Of a DNA stretch of 64,000 bases, positions 36,086 to 48,000 are shown piece by piece. The position numbers and the translations under genes were made by a program. The notes under the pieces were generated by a model. The model did not search any database. It was not told where the DNA came from and saw only the letters and a program-made list of their open reading frames with translations. Source of the stretch: Bilabrum cf. latius (lineage: Eukaryota); assembly GCA_965178125.1 (NCBI GenBank), contig OZ237760.1, positions 496,001-560,000 of the forward strand, in the 5' to 3' direction. Position 1 is the first letter of the stretch, and each line of letters opens with the position of its first letter.

Positions 36086-39000
36086 TCACGTAAGGATCCC
36101 GTCCTCCTCGTCCGAGGAGCCGCCAAAATCGGGAGCGTACGATTGCTTCTTGTTCTTTGGCCGCGATGGTGCAGCGAGTGCGGCGCCGGCAGACTTACCA
36201 GAGTTGCTTCTGTTCCCCTGCTACTGCTTGTGCTCTCCTGCTGAGAACGGGACCCTTCCCTTCTATCCGGATCTGCCGCCGTAGCCCCCGTTCAGTTGCT
36301 GGTCCTGCTGGTGCTCCGCATGCACGCCCAGACGGCCCAGCATGAGCAGCTGCTTCGTGTAGCGCATCTTCAGCACGGCGATCGCCCGATTGTACCTGAT
36401 CTGCCGCTCGGCGTGCTGCAGCTGCATCTGTCTGGCGATCCTCTCGCGCGGCGGGAGTGCTGCGTGCCCGTATAGCTCGATGGCAAGCAGCTCCATCAGC
36501 GACAGGAAGCTGATCCGGAGCCTTTCCGTCGGCATTTTCTCCACGATCTCCATCGCCTTTGCGGTGGCTCCCAGCCGCATGTGCAGCTTCTCCTGACGCC
36601 TCGCCTCCGCGTCCATCCCAGTGGCAGCTCCCGTGCCTGCTCGGGACACCATCGCGGCGAGCTTGCCAGACACGCTTCCTCTCGACACCATGCGGGAGCC
36701 GAATCTGGACCCAGACCTCGTTCTGACCGATCCCAACGTGCCCGACATCTTCCTAGTGGACTTGCCGCCGTGCTTGGCCTTCAGGCCCGGCATGGTGCCT
36801 GTGAGATCCCTTGGTGTGGCGAAGGTGTCGTCCTCCTCTCCGCTGGAGCCGTGACTCATGGCAGAGTTCCCTGCCAGGCTGCTGGATGCGGTAATGCCCT
36901 GGACCGGCAGGTTTTTCTTGTCACCCAGCAGCCTGTGAGCGTTCATTCCCATGGGCAGCGACTGGGTGGCAACGTGGGCCGGGTGTGATCCGGACATAGC
37001 TGGCCCGACGGCCATGCCAGGGCTAGACTTTAGCCTGCCCTGGTGGCCTGCCGGGCGCGTGGACTGGGCCGCAGATAGTGCTGATGAAGGCGTATGGGCA
37101 CCGGCTTCGGGTGCCATGGCGGTCGAATCCTTCCCGGTCTGGCTGCCAACCCCTGCTCCAGGACTAGATCCAGCGCTAAGCAGCCCCACGTCCCCACTCA
37201 GGCCCCTCGAAGCCGTTCTCTTCCTCTCGTTGTCTGCGTGCATCGCAGCCCCGTGCTTCTTGGACCGCTCGTACCAGGCTGGCTGGCAGCTCTTCGCAAA
37301 CGTGGTGGCATGCTCCGTTCTATCGGACACTTCAGCGCCTCCCAGCATCAGTTCCTGTCTAAACTCAGCGTTGCTAGCAGCTCGCGCCTCTAGATGAGCC
37401 GCCTGCAGATGGGTCTCAGTCTGGAATGCGATTGCCACACATGCCGTGTACATCATCTCCTTCCACTTTTTACTCTCCTTCAATTTCTTCTTATCCTTCT
37501 CATCCGAGCCCTCAAGCTTCTTCTTGAGCCACTGCTAGAAGCCCGAGTCGGCCTCCCCTCGGATCGATCGAGACATGGCAAGGCTGCACTTGGTGCAAGG
37601 CTGCACGGCGGTGTCCCAGCAGGAAGGATCGGCCTCCTCTGGAATGGAGGTCACCGGCAATGGCACGGGTGCCGGCTACGGCTTGCGCGCTCTCCCCAGT
37701 ATCTCCTCCTCAGTGGGTAGCAGGGACGATTTCCTGGTACGCGGCTCGCGCCCTTGGCTCTTGGCGCGTCCGATGGCTCCTCCGCCGGTTTCGTCCTCTG
37801 AGGCTTCTTGATTCACTTTCTTGGCGCTCGTAGGAACCTTAGCATCTGCTGCAAACCGCGTGTGCTTCTACACCATCAGCCCACCATGTCTGACATCTGG
37901 CATGGTACCAGCGTGCTCCAAGACTCTACCGCTCGACTCGCGAGGCAACGGGCTCTTCCGGTCATTCCTTGCGCTCTAGGGACGCGCGTGCTCCGATTTA
38001 GACAGGACGGTCGGGGCCTCATTCGTTGCAGTCCCCGGAAAATCACCCCCATCTGAGGCGGAACGCATGACCCGCACGCCGCCGTGCTGCTTTGCGATAG
38101 CCTTGGCCCTCTTGTTCGTGGCCTCCTCCATCATTGCGCGGTTCATGACGGTATTCATCTTGTCGAATTTTGGCGTCGCCCAGTGTGGCTTTCCAATGGC
38201 GATGAGTTTGGCCACGGCTAGTGCGGTTTCTGCCTTCGCTTGTTCCAGTCGGCGCTCCTCGGTCCAGCCGGCTGCAGCCTGCAAGATCTGCATTATGTAC
38301 TTCACACGGACGTACCCGCCCCTCCGCGGGTTCATCCGGTGCTTGTCGAAGTGGTCAAAGCTATTCTTGAAGAGAGACACGTCTCCGAAGCCAAGGGCCT
38401 TCTCGGAGGACTGGAAATCTGTCTCGAATGCCTGGATAACTGAACCCACGAAGAAACTGAGGACCGTCATCTGGACCATGACCACAAACGCGAACCAAAA
38501 CAGCGGGGCCCAATTCGTGTCGTTCCTGCAGTCATGGTACAAGAGCTGCCAATCCTCCCCCGTGGCCGCTCGGAGCATCGTCATCAGCGCCGCACCAAAG
38601 GTACGGAAGTGCGCGTGCCTGTGGAAGCCCTCGTACGGCGTGTTACCTGGTACCGCCGCCGCCTCCTTGGCAGCAAGATAGTTAGGATCATCTGGCCCCG
38701 CGTCCAGCGAGACATTGAACTGCTCCGCCAGGTTAGGGTAAGGCCTGATATAGTCCGCGGGCGAGGCTCGTTCAGCCGCGATTTCTGAGTAGAGCTCCAT
38801 GCCAACAACAGCGAAAAAGAAGAGAGACATGAACAAGAACACGGTCACGATGAAGATTGGCTTTGCAGAGTTCTGCAGGGTGTTGAGCAGCAGCCTGAGC
38901 TGGGGAGACAGGTGCAGGAATCGCAGCACGCGGGCCACTCGAAGCGCACGTCCTGCTTGCACGCCGTACTCGAAATTGGGGGCAAGATTCACGATGACAG

Positions 39001-42000
39001 ACGTCAAAATGATAAACACGTCGAACGCCAACCAGCGGTCGTACATTACTGCCCTGACGCCCTGCGCCAGCAGCCTGACAGCGAGTTCGACGCAGAAAAT
39101 ACCAAGAAAGACTGCGTTCACGATGGCCATCGTGTTGACGTAGCTATCTGACGCCGGCGAATGCTGTGTCATCAGCGCGATCGTATAAACTATCACAAGT
39201 GCGACACTCGCTGGCTCGAAGAGTACGTTCGCGTAGGCTACCTTGCTGTGGAACCGCAGTCGGCGCCAGCACGCCGACACCCTGCCAACAAAAATGTTGC
39301 AGCACGGCCCGCACCTGTCTCGGCAGCAGAACACGCACTGCAGCGCGCAGCCTCTCTTGCATGCGCTCGCTTCGATGGGGTTACCAGGGCATGTATCGCA
39401 GCAGAAGCACTCGTAGCACATCGGTGGGCACCGCACGATCAGTGAAGTCTAGGCGCGAGCCGCATGCACGTAGCAGCACTCGGGATTATGCCTCATCTCG
39501 TGGTCTCGGTACGCTACCGCACTGTAGTCAATATTGTCACCACAGATAGGCTCCATCTCGAGAACCTGGCCAGCGTGCTCCACCGTGACCTTGTTTCGTC
39601 TCCTCCGCTTGGGACCAGTCTCGTCGACATCCTTGCGAACTACCTTGAAGGAGCTGGTCGGCTGCATCGTCTAAGCACCGTGTTTCAAGCTGCGGCCAGA
39701 CACTCCAGCCCCTACTGACCCGCCGCTAGCTCCAGGGGCAGGAGCAACAGGGGCCTGGGTTCCTGGTGGGACCGAAACCGAGTCTAGAGCAGAAGAGTGG
39801 TCCGTCCGCTTTATGCTAGACGGGAGGTTGGGTTTGGTGGCGTGCATGGCGACCTTGTCATCTGCATCAGCGCCCGTCCCAAAATCCATTGATTGCCGCT
39901 TGCCTAGCATCTTGAGCGAGGTGGACGTGTCCATGCTTCGCAACCAACAGCAGCCGCACGTAAACCAAAAGCACTGCTGGCAGTCGTTCCTGCAGTTGGA
40001 AAGGCATTGCTGCGTATCGTCTGTGTACTCGTACACTTCCTCCTCAGCCCAGCCGTCACTGTCAGATGAATCTGACGTGTGGCTCGCGTCTGAGTCAGTG
40101 TCGGCTTCGTCTCCCGTGCCTACATCCGGTCCACCTGACAGCATCCGCTGTGCCTTCGACGGTGCCGCAGCGGGTTTTTCAGGCACAGACTTTACTGAAG
40201 TCACCACGCTGATCGCATCAGAGGCGGCAGTCTTCTTCTCCTGCTCCACGTCACTGTCAACATCCGCCTTCTCTGTCGCAAAACCCTCTATCTCATCAGA
40301 ACCCTCTACGCCTACCCTTAGTCGGATGCGGATTCGCTCTCCTGGCAGATCAGACCGCTTCATTGACTGCGTCGCGATATTGGCAATGCCAGCGGCCTGC
40401 TCAAACTCCTCCGTCTTCTCCTCGTCCTGGTCGAGCGCTTTCTGGATGGCTTCCTCCACGTTGGTTGCCCTCCCAAGGTTGGGCATGCTGGTAGATGCGG
40501 GCTTGCCGCGGAGCCGCTTGACCAGGTCAACGGCTAGTCGCAGCCCGCGCACCTTGCGCCAAAGCCTCCGTTCCTCCTCAAGCCTGGCCTGCCGAGCCTC
40601 TCTCTCCGGGCCCTCCTGCAGGAGCCGCAGCTTGGCCGTTGACAAGTGAGCCTCCGCCGCTTTCACCTCGGCCATTTTGTCCTGCGCCGACTTGAAGCTC
40701 TTCAAAGTCTCCCTGAAGTTCGCATCGACGGAGTTCTGCGCCTCGATTATTTGGGAACCGAGTGCACCATCAGTAGCGAGCTATGCCAGCCCCGCAGCGA
40801 ATGAAAGCGCCTCGCCGAACATGAAAGCGCGAATTCGGTGCCGTTTCTCTTTCTTAGACATGCGGTCCTGCACATCAGCACGAGAGCTGGCACGCAGCAG
40901 TGATCTCTGACTCGAGTGCTGCAACGACGACTGCTTGCCTGCCATGGCTAGCATCGCCAACGGGTCCTACTGACTGCTGGAGATCATTGCATCTGCGCGC
41001 ACGCTGTCCATAAGACGGCTACCAGAAGACCCAAATCCACTTGGAAGCGGCGAGTGCCGCAACTTCTTTCCGCTTCCTTTCAGCGCCGACATCATGTTGG
41101 AAGCAGACATCTTGGGAAGTAGTGGCTTGTCCTCGCTAGTGGGCGTTTTGGCAGCAGCGGGAGCACCAGCCGTACCAGTCTCCGCGTTTGCGTTTCCAGC
41201 GCCATCGTCCAGCCCGGCAGCCCCGATCTGTGCCTCGGGCGAACGCTGCCCTACCATCGGGGAAGGCTCCTCGGAGGACTTGTACTTGCTGAGATTCACG
41301 TGGCGCTCCTCCGCGTCCTTCTTTCGAGACGAGGTTGGCGTGGAGGCTTCATTCGGCAGCCTTGACGAACCATCCGCAGGCATGGGCACAGCACCGGCTA
41401 CTTCTGCGCTTGCGCTTGCATCCTGGCCCTCGCGGGGGAAATGCTACGCTGGGCCTGGCTTGGCGATCGGAGGTGCCTCAACCACACTAGCTCCATCCAC
41501 ATCATCACCATCCCTGTCGCTGCCACTGCCGCTGCTACTGCCGCTGCCGTCGTTCTCATCCTCTTCCATCACTGTTGTATGAATGCCACCGAGCCTAGCG
41601 CCTACAGCGTTTGTATTTGAGGCACTCGCGTCTCTGGATCCTGCGCCCTGCATGTCAAAGGTATTATCTCGACTAGCGCCGATCTGGCTGGACAAAACCG
41701 AAACACCGCTGGGTGCTCGTCGCATGGCATGCCCGGAGTCTTGGTCTTGCGAGCCGGGCTCCAAATCACCCAGCCCAGCCCCCTGCAGCACTCTGCTAAA
41801 TACTGACCGAGTTGCCTACGCTGGCATAGCGTGGAACTCATGGGCACCGGCCAGCTCGGCGGTTTCAAGGAATTTCCTCAGCCCAACGATCCACTGCATC
41901 ACGGACGCGCTGCTGGGAGACTCAAGCAAACTGCTGCTGGGGTCTGCCTGCGCGCGCTGCGCTGCTACAGACTGCGCGACCGCAGCAGCGACCCTGGAGC

Positions 42001-45000
42001 TGTCCTGACCCCCAGACCCCGCCTCATGCAGCCTGTCGTCTTTGCTCACATTAAGCTGGTGCAGCTCGCGCACCCGGAGGGAAGCCCTCTCCAGCACGGC
42101 CAGCAGTGCCTCTTCAAGGAGATCTGCAGGAGACAGGTCACTGTCGCCAACTGGGCTCTGCTGCGCCCTGGCGGGCCTTTGTTCCTACTGTGCATGAGAT
42201 CTCTGCTCTTTCCGTTCCTGCACCATGTTCAGCACGATGTCCAAGAGGCCTTCAAACCACTCACGAAGGTTCTCTGCGGGGATCTGTTGGTGACTCCCGA
42301 GATCCATCCTGAATCTCGGCCTTGGTGGATCCAAGTCGCTCTTTCTCACGGCCAAAATCGCGTTCACCACCTCCTCTAGCCAGCGCATCATCGTGAAGCT
42401 CCACTTGCGCAGCTGCTCCGTCCCGCGTCTCCGCGATCGAACAGTGGCGATCAGATCCTGCCGCATGCTATAGTACCTGTCCATGACAGCCAGCTGCGTG
42501 GCACTGCACTTGATCTTGATCATCTTCTGAGCCGACTGGAAGGCTTTGCGCAAGTCTTCGCTGGCCAGAGCAGCGCTCTCGCTCGCAAGCGATGCAGCCT
42601 CGCGCACCACCCTCAGCCACTGCAGTTTGGAGTTGAAGTACTGGCGCTGGGCGCTCAAGATCATGTTTTCGTATGAGACCGGCAGGGCTTTCCTACTGGA
42701 AGCCAACGACACCCTCGGTGCACCCTGACTATCCGTGTCTGGGTCTCGCCTGCTCATCCAGAGCGAGACCTGTCGGATGGTTCGCCGGAGCTCGCGTCGA
42801 TAAGAGAAAACTACCCGCGCGTGCTTCTGCGCGCTCTCCTTGGCTCTTTGAGCGATCTCCATCAGGATGGTCTGCTCCGCGTCGGAGGCTCCAAGCGCAT
42901 CTGTGACGATAGCCACAAACAGCTGCACGCTCAAGAATGCCACCAGAATGATTAACAAGAAGAAGAAGAATGCGTTCTCAGGGGCGGCCCTCACCTCAGC
43001 CCCCTCATTGATCCCCTTAGCGTCAATTGCACGGATCATCACCTCAACGTATCCCTCCAGCGTGATTGCCTCCGCCGTAGTTGACAGAGCCAGGCTGAAC
43101 GTGTCCAAGTTGCTGGAAGGCACTTGCCACAGCCGAAGCTACCTCTGCAGATTGCTCGTATCCACCGCTGGATCAGACATGTTGACCCCTGGAACGAATG
43201 CCCCGAAGCACCCAGAGTCTGTAGATATGCTATCGTCGGTGCAGTCGCCCATCCTGCCAGACAGCAGCGCGACACCAACGATGGAGAACACAGCCAGGGT
43301 GACGAAGAGAACGATCACGGCAGAAAAGATCTGCACGATAGAGTCCGCCAGAGAGTGTAGGATCTTTCTTGTTTCAGGGATGAACTCGAGCAGCTTCAAA
43401 GGACGAGCGGTTCTCCCCAGCCGCAGCACGCGAAGGTAGATGATGGAATCTGCACCAGTGAGCTCCGCCTCCCTCCCTAGCCGCCTCGAGTCGATGAGCA
43501 CGTCGATGATGGCCATCACGGCAATCACGAAATCAAAAGTGTTCCAGCCGGACCGGAAGAAAGAGAAAGGGTTGGCTCGAATCACGCCGAGAGCGATCAT
43601 CTTGATCAGCACCTCAATCCCGAACAGAGCCGCGAACACAGCATCAATGGCCCGCCATAAATCAGGATCGGCGAGACGCTCGGCTCGTCCCTCGAGCGCC
43701 AGAGCGACCGAACTCGCGACGATGACGAACATGAAGAACGTCTAGAACGCCATGCTGGCCGACACGTGAAGCAAGAATCGCCTGACTGGATTGTACGGAG
43801 GGATGCATCCAAAGGCCATGTCGTCCTCATCGACGCTCTCCAGGTAATCAACCACGGGGCCCAGGCAAGGGGCGTACTGCCTGATTGCCGATGCTTTCTT
43901 TTCAGAGATGAGAACGTTCCCGCCGAGAGTGGTTCGGGCAGCATCTTTACCAATGCCATCTCCGGTCTCATCCTCCTCCTACGCCTCCTAAAAGGTCTTA
44001 GCACCCTTGTCCCTGTGCTTACTGGCGATCAGATCGGCCGCATTCAACCGCTTGCCCGTGTGCCTGAAGCCGAGAGCACTCAGCTTGAGCAGCTAGCTTA
44101 CCATCTCATTCTAGTCCCGAAGGCCGCGCGTGCCAATATGGAGAAGGAGCTCAGGATTGGTGGGAACACCAGCACGAACCGAATCGTCACGCAGAACTGA
44201 ACCGGCAACAGATTCTTGCCGATGCGAAGGCTGACTGCTGGCACCCAAACTGCCAGAGCGGCTCGAAGTCGCCTGCGACAGCTTCGCCCTCGCGGCGAGC
44301 TCCTCTTCTCGCTGCTGCGCTCGATCTGCCGTCTCGCCCTGGGCTGCATCATAGGTGGAAATAGATGTGTCTATGCCCAGCTGCTTCTCAAGCTCATACA
44401 GCTCCTACCGAGCCTGGCGAAGCGAAGCAGATTGCATCAAGTCACTCAACTTCGAGGCAGACGAGCTCTATCCCTCCCCTTGCTTGACGCTGCCGGCAGC
44501 CGCTGCCGCTCCACCCGCTGCACCAGTAGCAGGCTGTTGAAGTGGCTCGACCACTCTCGACTCTGAGCTCATCGCTTTCGCTAGCTGTCTCTGTGAACTG
44601 GGTGATCCAGGTAAAACGGGCTTGCTCGTGACATGCTTTTCCTCCTCTGTCGCACCCGCACCGGGCTCCTACGATGACACTTCGTGGCCACTTTTTCCCT
44701 TAACGCTTCCAAACACTTGCTTCTGCAGCTTAGCGGCGTTCAATCTCTTGATTCTCTAGCGCAACACCTCCTGCGCATATTGCACCTCGAGCAGCCGCGC
44801 GGCTCTGTTCCTCTCCTTGATGGGCTCACGCAGCGACGTGCCGAGCTTTTCAAGTCGCATCAGTCGCTGACGGGCGCGCGACACGTACACGGCCAGCTAC
44901 TTGGCTTCATACGCCAGAGCTGTGTCCATGGAGACGACTTCAGCAGTTGGATAGCCAGCTGCCTTGGCGGCCGCATAGCCAGCCCTATCCTCTGCCCTTT

Positions 45001-48000
45001 GCATCCGCCGCCGAGACTTGCTCCTGCTTAGGCTGTTGCCTCCTCTCCCTATGAATGACTTCAGTCCGCGGAACGAATCAAGAGAACCTCTGCGAATGTC
45101 CTCTACGAGGGCGGGCGTGCCAGCGGCTGCCATATCGGTTGCCGCGCGCGGCCTCGCATTTCGTGCATCGGAATCCGGAGACCCACCTTCTAGTTGAGCA
45201 TGGCCTGAAGCAGAGTGTTTCCCGTGGCCAGTACCTGCCTTCGACTCTGAACCGCTCGATCCCTACCGCTTGGCCGCTCCGAGTGCGAGCCGCATGGGCG
45301 GCGTGGGCCTCAGCTGCGGGCCAGTGGTCGACCTCCCGATCCCGCTTCCAATTACTGGTGGAAGGGATGACTGCGAACTGTTCGGGGTATTGTCCTGCGC
45401 GACCAACGGAGATGCCCTTGGGGTGGCGCTCGGCGTGCTACCAGGGCTGCTTGCAGGCGAAATGTCTTGCCTAAACCTGACAGCAAGGGATGCTGGCCCG
45501 GCTGCCGAGGGCATCTCCTGGTCCAAATCACGAGGACCCGTCCCTTGTCTCGATGCACTTGGCGGTCGGGACTCGTCGGTACGCGTTCTCGCTGTGGTTG
45601 CCGACATTTGACTTCGAAAAGACATCCCGCCAAACGTTCCCATCCTGTCACGCCTCTAGTACCGAGCAAGAGCGCGGTAGTACTCCCGTTCGAATAGCTG
45701 CAACCGGCTGAGGGGCACGCCTGCGTCCTCGAGTGCCCGCCGTAGGCAGCCTGCCTTGCCGTACTCGAAAACGTCCCTCATGTGCTTGGCAGTCCTCTAG
45801 TCTGCGTGCTTGCTCCACGCGTCCTGCAGGTTCTCCGACGCAAACTCCTGATCTCCCGGTCCCATTTTCCCGCCAGCCGCTCCCGCAGACATGGTTGGTT
45901 CCTACTGTGACTGGTGCATAGGCCCTCCTAGGTCTAGTTTCGGCACGGCGCGTTTCCTGAACGAGAGCTTTGCATGCTAGTCGGCTGCAGGACCTGAGGC
46001 TGACGCGCCTAGGCCAGACGGATGAAACGGTGACGCAGTATTCTACTGGATCCCGGCGGGTGAACCCAAAGCAATCGCGGCCGGAGATCCTGCAACCACA
46101 CTGCCATGGTCTACCCCGAACGAGCCAGCAGGACTCAAACCGGCATCTCCTGTTCGCTGGCTGTCGCACCTGTCCCTTTGCGTATCTGGGGCAGCGTCCT
46201 GATTGCTCTCTGCCTACACATCCTCTCCCTCCTCGGCCACGTGTGCTTCCATATCTGAGTTGATGGTCACAACAGTAGCGTCCGAGTACCGCCGTGCCCT
46301 GGCTAGCATAAGCTCTCGTGCGAGGTGCAGAGCAGTCGGGTCGCTGTCTAAAGTAAGGTGGTTGCCGGGGCCCCCGGACTCTCCACCGCTAGAATCGAGG
46401 CGCGCCGCAGCACCAGGCAATAACTCAGGTTCTTCTCGGCTCAGTTGAGCCGAATCAGAAGTAGCGCCCTCATCAGCTGCTTTGCTTGTTCCAGCAACGT
46501 GGTTCTGCGACACGACTGAGGCACGTCTCCATACGGCCTCCACTTTGTCTGCGGCAGAGCTATTGGGCTGCGTCTCGGGGCCATCACGAGCCACACCATC
46601 GCTTTTTATCGACATGCCATCCGAGAGGGAGCCAAACGCTGAAGGGGGGCCGAAACCCTACTACTGCTGCTGCTGCTGCATCTGGTACCATGCTTCGCCG
46701 GGGTGGTAGAAGACTGGCCGATCGGATACGTTGTGAAGGAAACGCATTGTAGTAAGGGTTGCCATGCCTTCGTTGAGCTTCCTTAGCCTGCCGCGCAGCA
46801 TGTCTTGCCAAATACTGAACCACTGCACAACATCATGGAAGAGCTCCTGTGCTGTCTGCCTCTTTGAGTCTTCCGCATCTGCAAAGTTGTCGACAATGAT
46901 CGAGGTGAACATCTCCACCAGTAGCACTGCCGCCAGGAAAAAGAAAAGGATCAACACGAAAGAGAATACCTTGCCGATCGTGCCTCCAGTCCAAATTTCC
47001 TCAAAGACGGCATTCCAACCCTCCCCAGTCATCACAACAAAGAGCGTGAGCATTGCGTTCGAGAACGTGTCAAACACGAGCCGTGGAGCAGGCGCCTCGT
47101 CTGACACGTCAAGCCGACCCCCAAACAGCTGCATGCAAACGAGAGCAAATGCTGCAAGCGCTACGAAAATCAAGCAAACCAGGTTCGCGAGTGCGATTCC
47201 ACGAGCGAATGCAGTCTGCAGAAGGTGCTTCACCGGTGGTATCACCTTCAACGCTCGCAGCAGTCTCATGGCCCGGAATGACAGCACCAAAAACCCCCGC
47301 CAAACCCCGGCATTCTCTACTGGGTTTGCATCTTCTGTCAGCACCGGCAGCAGCATGACAAACGACGCCACCGATAGCACCATCGACACAAAGTCAACGT
47401 ACATGTAGGCATCCCGAATCGCCGAGCTTCCTTTTGCCGCAAGACGGATGAAGAACTCCGCGATGAAGAGCACCGAGAAGCAGAAGTCCGCGATCACGAT
47501 AGTACGAAGCTGTGACTGGCTCTCCCTCGGCTCGTAAGTCGCCAGGATAGCCACGTGAGCTACGATGAGAACAGCGAGCACGATCCGAAACGCGGTCGTG
47601 CGAGCAATCAAGGCACAGTCGCACCACGCATAACGATCGATGGTCACGATCTCGATCTATTCACCGGGCTGTTCAACCACAGACCCGGTAGCCCCGGATT
47701 CGTAGCGAGTCAGCACAGGAGCGGGACGGAGGGCAGGAGACGGGCCGACTGAAGCTTCGATCGACCCAGCTGGCTTGGCTGCCTGCGATGCCTTGTCCTG
47801 CCCTTTGCCATCGACGGGATTTCCATCACTGTCTGCTGCACTGTACACTCCCTGATCGAATCTGGCTGGGTTCTCGCCCTTGTGAGCTGGCTTCTTCGGT
47901 GTCAACTCAATCGCCCCACCGTTGCCCGCTTCAGTGTCACCTCCAGCAGCACCGTCCATGCCTCCGTTTCCAACCGACTAACCTTGCTTGTGCTGCTCTG

